IMG/VR virus record: IMGVR_UViG_3300034410_000463
Span: 1 to 64,000 of that record
Source of the DNA: a virus
Taxonomy: Duplodnaviria; Caudoviricetes
Length of the DNA: 64,000 bases
Direction: 5' to 3' (one strand)
Below are positions 47,109-56,666 of this stretch, piece by piece. The stretch's first letter is position 1, and each line of letters opens with the position of its first letter. The position numbers and the translations under genes were made by a program. The notes under the pieces are model-generated. The model was not told where the DNA came from, did no database searches, and saw nothing but the letters and a program-made list of their open reading frames with translations.

Positions 47109-49100
47109 TTAGTGCAATGCTTCCCACGTGAAACCAGTATATACTTCGAGCTTTTGGCTAGTAGTATTCCATATTACCATACCAGTTTGTGTCTGGAGCT
47201 GGCCTCGTTCAGTGCTGCTCAAGTTAGCAAATACTACTGGAAGATTAGATATTGTAACGCGACGAGCAAAATTACTTCCGCCGCCACCGGTAATAGTAAT
47301 ACCATCATCAAGATTGCCAGCGCTGTCTTCTGTCATCAGCGATATAGTTTCCCTACTTAGGTTTCCGCCAATATTAATTTCCGCAGTGGCAGCACTACCA
47401 AGCAGCCACTGCATAGTTAATTCGGCAGAGGTGTCGTTAGTTATTTTGTAACCATTCATATCTAGGTTACTTGACATCGACCCACTCAAGTGAGGAGAGA
47501 AACTAAATTCACCGTTTACTGATGAATAACTTAGTGCGCCTCCAGGAGTTGGTGCACCCGTAGAAACAGAAAGATCGGTATAAACGATTCCATTATCTGG
47601 TCCTTGGAGACCTTGCAAGCCTTGTAAACCTTGAACACCTTGAACGCCCGGATCACCAATACCAGCAATACCCTGAACTGATTCAGGACCTTGAACACCT
47701 TGAAGACCTTGAGCGCCTGTTTGACCGATACCAGTTGCTCCTTGTAAACCACCTACACCTTGTAAGCCATTTGGTCCTGGAACAGCTTCTCCTTGCAGAC
47801 CTTGAACACCCGCGCCTTGTAGACCTTGAACACCCTGTGGACCAACATCTCCAACTAAACCTTGAGCGCCCGAACCTGCTGGGCCTTGTACACCAGGATC
47901 GCCTACACCAAGTAGACCTTGAATACCTTGCACGGAACCAGATGGTCCTTGAATACCCTGATTACCTAGTGGCCCATCGCCACCTTCTGTACCCTGTGGT
48001 CCTTGTGCACCTTCAGCATCTATACCTTGAACACCCTGTGGACCAGTTCCGCCTGGACCAATTAAACCTTGTGTTCCTTGGTGGCCTTGCAATCCAAAAC
48101 CTGCTGGACCAGTATCACCTTGAACACCTTGAATGCCTGTGCCGCTAGTACCTTGGTTACCCTGCAATCCAAAACCTGCCGGACCTTCTGGGCCATCACT
48201 ACCTTGAACACCTTGAACTGTTGCGCCAGCTGGAGCAGACGGTCCTTGAATACCTTGAGGACCAAAATCACCTGGGTCACCAGCATTACCGTCAGCACCT
48301 TGCAAACCAGTTTGACCTTGAATGCCCTGTGATCCTGATGTACCAAAACCAATTGGTCCTTGTAATCCATCAGTACCTTGAATACCTTGTACGCCTTGGT
48401 CTCCACCGCCGCCTCCGCCACCAGCTCCAGCGGGACCTTGAACACCTTGGTTACCAGATAATCCAATACCATTTGTACCTTGAGCGCCAGTTGTTCCTTG
48501 TGGGCCTGGATCTCCACCAGAACCAACAAAGCCTTGAAGACCTTGTAGTCCACCACCGCCGCCATCGGTAATTCCGTAACCAGCTAATGTTGTTGGTGTA
48601 TTTGTAATAGTAGACCAAGCTTGGTTATGAGAACTTGGTGGGAAAGATGATGGTACGCCTGTTAAGCTTGAATACGCAAAATCTTGTGATATGCCGGCAG
48701 CATTAATAGTAACACTGTCGTTTGTTGAATTTGTTGTAAGAGTAATGTTTGAACCAGCAATGAACTCTAAGGTATCTGTTGCTGTGTCGGCAGAAACACT
48801 TGCTTGCCCTGCGACTGATACAATACTGAAAGCGTTTTGGTTAACGTCACCGCCACCACCGCCTCCGCCACCCGATCCTAGGCTTCCCCAAGCACCGTTT
48901 TGATAGCCCTCAAAAGAGTTAAGACTTGTGTTGTATCTTAGGTATCCATCAGTTGGTGTGCTGTCTCTATCACCAGTTGTACCTGCTGGAATTTCAATTG
49001 AACCTGTTTCGGAAGTACGCGGAGCGATCGCATCGAAATTGTCGTCCATCTCGTTATATGTGAGGGCAGATCCCTTATCACCGCGTTTAATAATTGACAT
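47109..49100 (-). CDS. Collagen-like (Gly-X-Y) fibre protein
   Basis: Long interrupted GxQG/GPQG triplet run (about 47600-48550), poly-Gly linkers, virion-type N-terminus [18 protein letters not shown] and PAGTTGDR...GYLRYNT...FEGY. Confidence 0.85.
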   Translation of the reverse strand: MSIIKRGDKGSALTYNEMDDNFDAIAPRTSETGSIEIPAGTTGDRDSTPTDGYLRYNTSLNSFEGYQNGAWGSLGSGGGGGGGGDVNQNAFSIVSVAGQASVSADTATDTLEFIAGSNITLTTNSTNDSVTINAAGISQDFAYSSLTGVPSSFPPSSHNQAWSTITNTPTTLAGYGITDGGGGGLQGLQGFVGSGGDPGPQGTTGAQGTNGIGLSGNQGVQGPAGAGGGGGGGDQGVQGIQGTDGLQGPIGFGTSGSQGIQGQTGLQGADGNAGDPGDFGPQGIQGPSAPAGATVQGVQGSDGPEGPAGFGLQGNQGTSGTGIQGVQGDTGPAGFGLQGHQGTQGLIGPGGTGPQGVQGIDAEGAQGPQGTEGGDGPLGNQGIQGPSGSVQGIQGLLGVGDPGVQGPAGSGAQGLVGDVGPQGVQGLQGAGVQGLQGEAVPGPNGLQGVGGLQGATGIGQTGAQGLQGVQGPESVQGIAGIGDPGVQGVQGLQGLQGLQGPDNGIVYTDLSVSTGAPTPGGALSYSSVNGEFSFSPHLSGSMSSNLDMNGYKITNDTSAELTMQWLLGSAATAEINIGGNLSRETISLMTEDSAGNLDDGITITGGGGSNFARRVTISNLPVVFANLSSTERGQLQTQTGMVIWNTTSQKLEVYTGFTWEALH

Positions 49101-49537
49101 TATGTCGAGTCCCCTTGATCGTTATAATATTTACCCACGTAAGAAATAAACCCAGTTGGGTAATTTGAAGGTATCTGTATATTTATATAATTTTCTTCAA
49201 CATATCCTTCCAAAACATATTCGAAGCTTGGTGGATACTCTATATTTATATAACCTGCCTCTGCATAGTTCGGCATAGCATAACGATGTGAATAAGTATA
49301 TGTTACTCCTTCAGCCGCAGTTACGTACCCTGGATTATCTACTACGTAATCATCTACCGTAAAATTAAATAGTTCTATTTCTGCTGGTGTAAGTAAGTAA
49401 TCATCTACAGTCTCACCTTCAGGTAATGGAGAAGGTGGAGTGAAAGTATACGCTTGCGCTTGTAGATCTGCTTTAACGGCAGGATCTGTTTCTATTGCTA
49501 TTTGAGCAAATAGTGCAGCGTAATTTGGTTTAGGCAT
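49100..49537 (-). CDS. Hypothetical protein (Tyr-rich)
   Basis: Coupled to both PAAR-like and collagen-like genes. Confidence 0.65.
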   Translation of the reverse strand: MPKPNYAALFAQIAIETDPAVKADLQAQAYTFTPPSPLPEGETVDDYLLTPAEIELFNFTVDDYVVDNPGYVTAAEGVTYTYSHRYAMPNYAEAGYINIEYPPSFEYVLEGYVEENYINIQIPSNYPTGFISYVGKYYNDQGDST

Positions 49538-49538
49538 T

Positions 49539-49838
49539 TTATCCTCCGGCTAAACACGTAAACGAGCCGGAAGCACATATATTCGGTAACCACGATCCGT
49601 GGCCTGATGTTGCGTCTAATACTCGATGCACTGGAACTCCGCCAGCAAAAACTCTTGATGAACCGGTTACTGCGATATCCCCGCATGCTGTAGCACCGCC
49701 GATTGTTACTGCAAGAGATCCGTTAACGAAAACTCTTCCTTGCGCTGACGATACATAAGGTGTTTTATGAAATGGGTTGCCGGTTGGACTAGCGTGTCCT
49801 AAATGTGAATCCATTCCTACTCGTGCCATTGGCATCAT
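49539..49838 (-). CDS. PAAR-like spike tip protein (T4 gp5.4-like)
   Basis: MARVGMDSHLGH, VFVNGSLAVTIG, ACGDIAVTGSSRVFAGG; likely start 49838. Confidence 0.8.
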   Translation of the reverse strand: MMPMARVGMDSHLGHASPTGNPFHKTPYVSSAQGRVFVNGSLAVTIGGATACGDIAVTGSSRVFAGGVPVHRVLDATSGHGSWLPNICASGSFTCLAGG

Positions 49839-49896
49839 TTTACTGTCTCCTAAAAGTAAGAATGGCCCGAAGGCCATTCTCTGTTAAATTAACTAG

Positions 49897-50649
49897 CTAA
49901 GCCGCTATTTGAATGCGTTCCTTTGCTAATATATATTCTTTTACGAGACCCGACCGGACAATGTCTTCGGGAGTAAATTGAATAGTTTCAAAACTATCTA
50001 CTTTTTGGATTACCCGTAAAAAATCTCTGAGACCGGAAACTTCTGCTCGATTCCTCGATGTCGCTAAGTCATCTTGCCTTGTGTCTCCGCAGAATACAAT
50101 CTTGGACGATTCTCCTACTCGTGTGATAATTGTATCTAATTCGTGGTATGTCATAGATTGACATTCGTCTACAATAATAATTGCGTTATCGAATGTTAAT
50201 CCTCTGACGAATGAGGACGTCATAAACTTAACCATGCCTTTTTGTTGAAGTATTTGATATGCATCTCCACGACCGAATAAGTCGTTGACGATATCTGAGT
50301 AGGGTACTGAATATAGTGCCTCTTTTTGCTCTTTGCTTCCTGGCATGAAGCCTTGTTCGCGTGTCTGAACTGCAGATCTAACTACGATGATTTGTTCATA
50401 TCCTCCTTTCTTAAGTACGTCGTTCAGTGCTAAATACATAGCACACATCGTTTTACCTGTACCTGCTGTCCCGATGGCCGCGATATTGTATCCTGAATTA
50501 TAAGATTTAAACATATCTCCCTGAGTTGGTGTTAATGGTTTAATTTGTCTCATACCAAAGTTTTGATTTAAGATACTTACCATGTGCTCCTGATCTCTTG
50601 ATTGACGTTGTTTTTCTCTTCTGGATAATCTTCGCTGTTTAGCTGCCAT
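49897..50649 (-). CDS. phoH: PhoH-family ATPase
   Basis: GTAGTGKT, RGLTFDNAIIIVDECQ, GDTRQDD, IVRSGLV. Confidence 0.93.
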   Translation of the reverse strand: MAAKQRRLSRREKQRQSRDQEHMVSILNQNFGMRQIKPLTPTQGDMFKSYNSGYNIAAIGTAGTGKTMCAMYLALNDVLKKGGYEQIIVVRSAVQTREQGFMPGSKEQKEALYSVPYSDIVNDLFGRGDAYQILQQKGMVKFMTSSFVRGLTFDNAIIIVDECQSMTYHELDTIITRVGESSKIVFCGDTRQDDLATSRNRAEVSGLRDFLRVIQKVDSFETIQFTPEDIVRSGLVKEYILAKERIQIAA

Positions 50650-50693
50650 TGAACTCTCCTAGTTGTTTGTAGGATAAACTTTCAAATCGATCA

Positions 50694-50936
50694 TTACCAA
50701 GTATTAATGTTATCCTTTTTATGGTGGTGTTTTACGTTTTTGAGAACATCACGAAAGCCGTCATCAGGCTTGATTAGCCCAAGACGGTGCGCATCTCCAA
50801 TTGACGGAGCGCGTACAATTCTTTGTTGTAAATGGGGGTTGTCGAGCTTGAACTGATCTAGCTCTGCGATCTTCATGGTGATTTCCATGAATTCTTCTGG
50901 TTCTTTTGTTGTGTCTGCAAATGTATATATTGGCAT
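50694..50936 (-). CDS. Conserved hypothetical protein of T4-like phages
   Basis: MPIYTF...DQFKLDNPHL...KPDDGFRDVL. Confidence 0.7.
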   Translation of the reverse strand: MPIYTFADTTKEPEEFMEITMKIAELDQFKLDNPHLQQRIVRAPSIGDAHRLGLIKPDDGFRDVLKNVKHHHKKDNINTW

Positions 50937-50958
50937 ACATTCTCCTATTCTATAATAT

Positions 50959-50991
50959 AAAAAAAGCCAACTAGATAATACATAGTCGGCT
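50959..50991 (-). terminator. Probable Rho-independent terminator
   Basis: Minus strand GCCGACTA-N9-TAGTTGGC-T7. Confidence 0.65.
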
Positions 50992-51028
50992 CAAACGTTT
51001 GTTAGTGATAGACTGTATTATATGATTA

Positions 51029-51036
51029 TATTTATA
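51029..51036 (-). promoter_or_regulatory. T4-type late promoter
   Basis: TATAAATA on the minus strand, upstream of the phoH/PAAR/collagen block. Confidence 0.65.
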
Positions 51037-51059
51037 ATCGTAATACACTCAAGAGGGCA

Positions 51060-51653
51060 TTATCCAACAATTATTTCATATATTTCTTTCCAGTTCGTGA
51101 CCCGCTGAGCCTTACCTGAATAGTCTTTATTGAACGTATGTCCCATTAAAATAGACTCTAATCCGAGCTCTACACCAAGGTCTGCATTTTCTGGCTTATC
51201 TTCAATCCACCAACATTCTGTTCCACGGTATTGTTCCAAAGCTTCGTCTTTATCAGCACCAGTATCTAAGTAAACAAACGTATCAAATACGCTTGGTCCA
51301 AACATTTCAATTAGATTCTTTGTTCTTAGATGTTGTGCATAGTAATCATTGCTTAGAGAACTAATCACTCTGAAGACATATCCGTGCTCTTCATGAAGCT
51401 TTTTCATATACTTAATAGTATCACGTAGAGGAGGTAGGCAACGTATCCAAGCAGACTCGTTGAACATACGAACTAAACGTTCTTTTTCAACATGATCTAA
51501 TCCATAACGCTTGGTAACGTCGTATTCTTTTTCAGCGCCAGGCACTGTTTCGTAACCGTGTTTATCCATCCATTGTGTGAAGGAAAATAGCCAATCGAGT
51601 AGTACTCCATCGACGTCGGTTAATATTACTTTTTCACTTAAACTCATATTCAT
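51060..51653 (-). CDS. HAD-family 5'(3')-deoxyribonucleotidase-like phosphatase
   Basis: ILTDVDGVLLDW and WIEDKPEN motifs. Confidence 0.8.
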   Translation of the reverse strand: MNMSLSEKVILTDVDGVLLDWLFSFTQWMDKHGYETVPGAEKEYDVTKRYGLDHVEKERLVRMFNESAWIRCLPPLRDTIKYMKKLHEEHGYVFRVISSLSNDYYAQHLRTKNLIEMFGPSVFDTFVYLDTGADKDEALEQYRGTECWWIEDKPENADLGVELGLESILMGHTFNKDYSGKAQRVTNWKEIYEIIVG

Positions 51654-51680
51654 ACTTTCTTTGTTATTTAATTTAATACT

Positions 51681-51718
51681 ATTATAACAAAAAAGGGGCT
51701 GAATGTCAACCCCTTTTT
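51681..51718 (-). promoter_or_regulatory. Early promoter whose -35 is embedded in a terminator hairpin
   Basis: GGGGTTGA-CAT-TCAGCCCC-T6; TTGACA (51704-51709)-N17-TATAAT (51681-51686). Confidence 0.75.
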
Positions 51719-51738
51719 CACTTTAATTTAAACTAAAT

Positions 51739-52101
51739 TTATGATGAGAACTTAAACTTAGCTTGTTGAGCAGAACACTTGTAACGCTTACCGGTTGTTC
51801 CACATGTGTATTGGTAAGGATAAGCTTTAGCTCTTGTATTGTAACCAGTAAGTTGGTCACCATTAGAGTTGGTCATTGCTAGACCAGCTTGTTTAGCCAT
51901 CATTTCTAAAATGCTATCAGATCGTGTAGTAGCACCTTTGATCTTAGCTTCAACCTTGATAGTAACCTCAGCTTCAGAGAATCTCATGTTACCAACATTG
52001 ATATCTAAGTTTGTTTTAACAGCATACTTGTTCATTACTTCTTGCATTTCTGAACGAAGGGCGTTAAGAGTAGCTTTGTCAAATTTAGCGAATTTAGTCA
52101 T
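51739..52101 (-). CDS. Hypothetical protein
   Basis: AAGGA RBS; own promoter. Confidence 0.7.
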   Translation of the reverse strand: MTKFAKFDKATLNALRSEMQEVMNKYAVKTNLDINVGNMRFSEAEVTIKVEAKIKGATTRSDSILEMMAKQAGLAMTNSNGDQLTGYNTRAKAYPYQYTCGTTGKRYKCSAQQAKFKFSS

Positions 52102-52135
52102 AATATAGTTCCTTGTTTAATCAATTTATATATGT

Positions 52136-52259
52136 ATTATAAGCTATTTTGAACCGTTTGTCAACTGTTTTTTTCATTTAATTTCAAATTAATTTCAAAA
52201 AACTAGCTTATTTCCTCATTTGTTAGATACATTATAAGTCATTTGAAAGGAAATGTCAA
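52136..52259 (-). promoter_or_regulatory. Two tandem early promoters
   Basis: TTGACA-N17-TATAAT at 52136-52164 and 52231-52259. Confidence 0.8.
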
Positions 52260-52283
52260 GGCTTTTTTTCATTTAATTACAAA

Positions 52284-52481
52284 TTATTTGCCTTTTTTGG
52301 GCTTTCTTTTGATATTATTGTCAGAGTCGTACCATCGATCTGAGAACTTCTGCCTACGGGCCTCTTTTACAGCCCGTTGCTTACCACCTTTGTTTTTACC
52401 TTTGGTCTTGTAATCGTCGTCAGTACCCCACTCATCATCTTCCCAAGCGTCGCGGAATTTCTTGATGCGCTTCTTACTCAT
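52284..52481 (-). CDS. Small basic hypothetical protein
   Basis: Lys/Arg-rich, 65 aa. Confidence 0.6.
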   Translation of the reverse strand: MSKKRIKKFRDAWEDDEWGTDDDYKTKGKNKGGKQRAVKEARRQKFSDRWYDSDNNIKRKPKKGK

Positions 52482-52498
52482 GTTGATTTACCCTTATA

Positions 52499-52924
52499 TC
52501 ATTCTTTTATTAAGTTTGGAAATGCTTCTGTTATAACTTTCTTAGATAACCCTTTAAATGGCTTCTTAGATATCATCTGAACCAGCGTTTTAGCATCGTC
52601 ATTGTCTACATCTTCTAATAAACTAATGAATAGCTGCTCACGCTTAATTTGCTTCAAATTATCATATCCGCCACCTTCAACAAAAATTCTTAGACGACGA
52701 GCCTCTGAATATAACAGTGCTTTTGCTTCGTCTTCATATTCATTTTCATTCCACGGTGGTGGAGTATCAGGTACTAAGAATTTAATATTACTGTCATATG
52801 TATAAGATATGATAGTTCTCAAAGGCTGATTGTCATGCTTTTGAAGGAATGCTACCTTCGCCTTAGCTGATTTCTCTGCACCTGCTCCAGCGAGTATTTC
52901 GCTGATTGATATTCGTACCGCCAT
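52499..52924 (-). CDS. Conserved hypothetical protein of T4-like phages
   Basis: YDSNIKFLVPDTPPPW, KREQLFISLLE pattern, found next to rnh. Confidence 0.7.
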   Translation of the reverse strand: MAVRISISEILAGAGAEKSAKAKVAFLQKHDNQPLRTIISYTYDSNIKFLVPDTPPPWNENEYEDEAKALLYSEARRLRIFVEGGGYDNLKQIKREQLFISLLEDVDNDDAKTLVQMISKKPFKGLSKKVITEAFPNLIKE

Positions 52925-52925
52925 G

Positions 52926-53786
52926 TTAAAAGTCCTGTATGTCTGTGATCAAGTGCTTTAATTTCTTTTCTACAAAGAAGTTGAATAGGCGTTCCCTGCC
53001 AACACTTGATTCTTTATTATATGATTCAAGAACTAAATCTTGATACTTTTGTGGAATCTGAGAAAGGTCGATCATCATTTTATTACGATGGAATCGACGA
53101 AGAGTTTCTTCATCCATAACCTCTGGGCCTTGTGAATAAAGTGCTAGACGCTTTTTAGTCATAGGACTTTGACGTTCACCAACAGCCAAGCAATTATCTG
53201 GGGATAAGATGTTTGGAACACCATCACCGGTATCACCCTTTAGAATATGCTCATTGAGATAGTTAACGGGCTGATCATTACGAATCCAGCGTTTGCGGAT
53301 AGGATCATACTGATCGACGTTAGCATATTTTTGCAACTGGATAAAATCCTTATCAGCTGAAAGAATCAAGAACTTTTCAGAACCAATGTTCAATTCAGAT
53401 CCATATTCATTAATAACTGCACCGATAATATCGTCAGCTTCACAATGTTCAATATGGATTACTTTATAAGGAAAGTACTCATCCATTTCAGAACGCACGT
53501 TATTCATAATTTGAAATAGTGCATTCCAATCCATGCCTGATTTATCCCTACCAGCTTTACGATTTGCCTTGTAGTAAGGATATGCCTCTTTGCGCCACGT
53601 ATTTTTACCGTCGCAACAAACTACGATTTCACCATACTCTTCTGAGAATTTTTTGCGGTTTGATCGTATTGAGTTTAAAAACATGTGGCGAATGATTGAT
53701 TCATCTGCTGCCACATCCGTGTGGTTACCAATACTTGCAAATAAAGACGCAAGGATAACCTGATTGTAGTCTACTAATATAGCCAT
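52926..53786 (-). CDS. rnh: T4-type RNase H / 5'-3' exonuclease
   Basis: LVDYNQV, WRKEAYPYYKANR, CEADDIIG, ILSADKDFIQL, GDTGDGVPN. Confidence 0.93.
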   Translation of the reverse strand: MAILVDYNQVILASLFASIGNHTDVAADESIIRHMFLNSIRSNRKKFSEEYGEIVVCCDGKNTWRKEAYPYYKANRKAGRDKSGMDWNALFQIMNNVRSEMDEYFPYKVIHIEHCEADDIIGAVINEYGSELNIGSEKFLILSADKDFIQLQKYANVDQYDPIRKRWIRNDQPVNYLNEHILKGDTGDGVPNILSPDNCLAVGERQSPMTKKRLALYSQGPEVMDEETLRRFHRNKMMIDLSQIPQKYQDLVLESYNKESSVGRERLFNFFVEKKLKHLITDIQDF

Positions 53787-53819
53787 AATATTTTCCGTTT
53801 CATTTAATCTTCATAGATC

Positions 53820-53848
53820 ATAATAACCTATGTAGATCCAATTGTCAA
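53820..53848 (-). promoter_or_regulatory. Sigma70-type promoter
   Basis: TTGACA-N17-TATTAT. Confidence 0.7.
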
Positions 53849-53852
53849 CCTT

Positions 53853-54809
53853 TTATTTGGTGGCAGCTTTTTCTCTAAGGATTTTAGTCCATAGATTAGA
53901 AAAGCTGTCAATGTCATTGGCTACAAGTCCAAATTTATCTGATCTTGTAAACCGGTTAAAGAATTGAGGATCGTTCTTTTGAGCTTCCAACACACTCTTA
54001 GTAACTGCATATGCAATCGATGCGTGTTTAGTTGGATCTTCGGTATAGTCATACATAACTGTAGCACTTGCCGCTGTTTCGGCCAAAGCACCATAGTTTG
54101 GATGAATACAAATCAATCCAGATCGAATTGCTTCAATAAGAGCAATACACGACGTTTCTTTCCAAACATTGGGATATAAGAAAATGTGTGATCTATCTAA
54201 TGCTTCGAGTACTTCTTTATTAGAAACATTACCATGATTTGTCATTTTTGGATGATCTTCGATTTGTTTAAAGATCTTAGCATATGGTTCATCTCTTTGA
54301 GGCCAACCATAAATGCCGAAAGAAGAATAAACATCAAGATGAATGTTATCATATTCTTTTGATAAAGCATCAAATGCTGGTATCAATAGCTCTAAACCAC
54401 GGTGTGGAGTAGTATGATAAACGAATCGAATTGTTTGTGTATTCTTTTCTTCTGCTTCATACCGTTTTTCAATAGCATTAGGAATAACCGAACACTTTGA
54501 ATACGGAATGCCAAAATAAGCAATGTATTGATCACGCTGCCATGAGGTCACAAAAACAAAGTGATCGAACTTAGTCCAACCATTATCAACTAAGATTTTG
54601 TTTTCAGGATCTTCGGCTAGGTCGTGACAGTACAAAATGTTTTTCACATCTTCAGGAATATCCCTAGGACGTGAAAAGTGGATTGCATAACCTTGTAATA
54701 ATTCAGGTTGAACAGTATCGAGAAGACGCTTGCGCATCATCTCGGTACCACCTTTTGAATTTTTAGACAGCTCGGTTTCTACAACCTCACCTTTGTAAAT
54801 CATACTCAT
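53853..54809 (-). CDS. GT-B (GT4-like) glycosyltransferase
   Basis: KGGTE, VIPNAI, YHTTPHRGLE, FLYPNVWKETSCIALIEA. Confidence 0.85.
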   Translation of the reverse strand: MSMIYKGEVVETELSKNSKGGTEMMRKRLLDTVQPELLQGYAIHFSRPRDIPEDVKNILYCHDLAEDPENKILVDNGWTKFDHFVFVTSWQRDQYIAYFGIPYSKCSVIPNAIEKRYEAEEKNTQTIRFVYHTTPHRGLELLIPAFDALSKEYDNIHLDVYSSFGIYGWPQRDEPYAKIFKQIEDHPKMTNHGNVSNKEVLEALDRSHIFLYPNVWKETSCIALIEAIRSGLICIHPNYGALAETAASATVMYDYTEDPTKHASIAYAVTKSVLEAQKNDPQFFNRFTRSDKFGLVANDIDSFSNLWTKILREKAATK

Positions 54810-54812
54810 TGC

Positions 54813-55718
54813 TTACCCCGCTTGAAAAGCTTTGATAGAGTCCCAACGGAATGATCGCCAACCAGCGTTATCAACATCATAAACCGCCAAAACATTTGGA
54901 TTAGGTTTCTTAGGTGCCGGTGGTGTTTCACCTTCGGCAAGTACTTTTTCTACTACAGCGGGTAATAGTTCAGCCTTGAGAGTGGCCGCCATTACACGTT
55001 CATCACCATTTACTTTTGTAAACGTAACTGAACATACACCTGCGTGTAGTGCGCTTTGAATTTCTTCTTTCTTTAATTGCATATTATTGCTCCTTATCAC
55101 ATTGATATTTATTTCATTTTCAAAAATTTCTTTGAGAGCTCCATTGAAGTCCTCTACAGTAGAATTGTTGTGGATTCTATATGATTGTACATCAAACTTG
55201 TGCGGAAGTACATACTTTTTTTCAATACTTGTTGCATGATTAAGTACGTATTCCTTTGTAATATTTCCATCGAAATATCTACGTGAGTCTGATGAGAAAT
55301 CATGTCCTTCACGAGTAAGTTGAACTAAGCGGAAATTTTCTTTACCAACCTTTTCAACTACTGGCAACAACTCATCGATAAAGCCGCCATCAGAGATAGC
55401 ATAATCTTTTGTAAGATCGATCTCATCAGCAACGAGTTTACCAAAATAGTCTAAACCCATACGAGGTTTAATTACTTTTTCTGATACATATATCATTGCT
55501 TCACGGCATGACATATGCCCTAAGTCTTGACAGCGTACTTCTTTTAAATCACGATTTTCGTAACGATCCATAAACCATTCTTTATCTACATTAAAGTATT
55601 TGATGGTTTCTTCGTATAGACGATACTTAAAAGAAAGGTGTTTATAACCTTTAGCTTTAAAGAAATCTGCTGCGTGGTCTTTACCACATGCTGGAGGGCC
55701 ATTAAAAAGTATTATCAA
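54813..55718 (-). CDS. dNMP-kinase-like P-loop domain in frame with a WYL-like (DUF2693-type) SH3-fold domain
   Basis: NGPPACGKD P-loop, ISDGGF; the C-terminal 89 aa (54813-55082) VCSVTFTKVNGDERVM.ATL...VYDVDNAGWRSFRWDS have their own AAGGAG RBS and ATG. Confidence 0.7.
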   Translation of the reverse strand: MIILFNGPPACGKDHAADFFKAKGYKHLSFKYRLYEETIKYFNVDKEWFMDRYENRDLKEVRCQDLGHMSCREAMIYVSEKVIKPRMGLDYFGKLVADEIDLTKDYAISDGGFIDELLPVVEKVGKENFRLVQLTREGHDFSSDSRRYFDGNITKEYVLNHATSIEKKYVLPHKFDVQSYRIHNNSTVEDFNGALKEIFENEININVIRSNNMQLKKEEIQSALHAGVCSVTFTKVNGDERVMAATLKAELLPAVVEKVLAEGETPPAPKKPNPNVLAVYDVDNAGWRSFRWDSIKAFQAG

Positions 55719-55720
55719 GT

Positions 55721-55954
55721 CTATCCTCCAAACTTATCATTAACAATTGCTTGTAGTTCAGACGAGAACGCATCTTTTAATTCTTTATCAGTAATACCAA
55801 CCATGATGAAATCACGATCTTGAGAATTTAAATAGGGCATAGCATCAGTAATAGAAACTGCACCAGTTTCATACAAAGCTAGATCGCGGGGTTTTACAGT
55901 GATCGTTCTTGTGCGGGTTTTGCCGGTAAGAACGCTTTTTCGAGTCACATCCAT
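55721..55954 (-). CDS. Hypothetical protein
   Basis: GGAG RBS before ATG 55954; MPYLNSQDRDFIMVGI. Confidence 0.65.
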   Translation of the reverse strand: MDVTRKSVLTGKTRTRTITVKPRDLALYETGAVSITDAMPYLNSQDRDFIMVGITDKELKDAFSSELQAIVNDKFGG

Positions 55955-55990
55955 AATATTCTCCATTGAAAGATAATTGGTATATTATCT

Positions 55991-56019
55991 AATATAACAC
56001 AGCTTTAAACAAATGTCAA
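55991..56019 (-). promoter_or_regulatory. Sigma70-type promoter
   Basis: A-tract-CAG-TTGACA-N17-TATATT. Confidence 0.65.
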
Positions 56020-56432
56020 CTGTTTTTTAAGCTTTTTACATGATTCCTATGTATCTTACATTGGATAATTCCGTTATAAAAATCATCTCTTAATAGTACA
56101 TCATGTTCAAATTGGTACTTGGCTTCTAGATAACCAAGTTCACCTTTACTTTTACATAAGGTTAAGATCTCTCTATGAAAGTTATCTGCACCTTTTTCTT
56201 CTACCATCAATTTAACTTCTTCAGAAGAACCGTAGTACTTTTGCCAATCGGTTTCTTTTACTACAGTTCTTCGTCTTTTCTTGCCTTTGAGAGGTGGAAG
56301 CTTTCGCTTTGAAGTAAGTAACTTTTTACCAACGTATTTCATACCGTTTGATTTGTCGGTAATCAAGTACACAAAGCCTACCCATTCTTCAATCATTTCA
56401 GAGGTGAACTCTTCACCCTTATACAGCCACAT
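56016..56432 (-). CDS. GIY-YIG-like nuclease domain protein
   Basis: GFVYLIT...KYVGKK, YYGSS, FHREIL; a TATAAATA lies upstream (56462-56469). Confidence 0.75.
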   Translation of the reverse strand: MWLYKGEEFTSEMIEEWVGFVYLITDKSNGMKYVGKKLLTSKRKLPPLKGKKRRRTVVKETDWQKYYGSSEEVKLMVEEKGADNFHREILTLCKSKGELGYLEAKYQFEHDVLLRDDFYNGIIQCKIHRNHVKSLKNS

Positions 56433-56470
56433 AATAACTCCATAGTTAATTCATATAGAGTTATTTATAG

Positions 56471-56659
56471 TCAATAGCCACCGGTCTTGAACCACCCTTT
56501 TCCTTTAAGTGCAAAGCCTCCATCGCCAGCTTTAATTACTTTTTTCAATTCATCTTTTGCTTTACATTCAGGACAGTCAGTAAGTGCATCATCAACTATC
56601 CTTTGAACGATATCAAATTCATGTCCGCATTTTTTACATTCATATGAATATGTTGGCAT
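56471..56659 (-). CDS. FmdB-family zinc-ribbon protein
   Basis: MPTYSYECKKCGHEF...CPEC...FALKGKGWFKT. Confidence 0.88.
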   Translation of the reverse strand: MPTYSYECKKCGHEFDIVQRIVDDALTDCPECKAKDELKKVIKAGDGGFALKGKGWFKTGGY

Positions 56660-56666
56660 GGTTCTC

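Noticed and set aside
47128-48903. Several overlapping ORFs on both strands across the collagen gene
   Set aside because: Shadow frames produced by Gly-X-Y codon periodicity; no RBS or recognisable motifs.
56016-56432. Mobile homing endonuclease
   Set aside because: Only a short catalytic-type domain with no DNA-binding extension or intron context; kept as an ordinary CDS.
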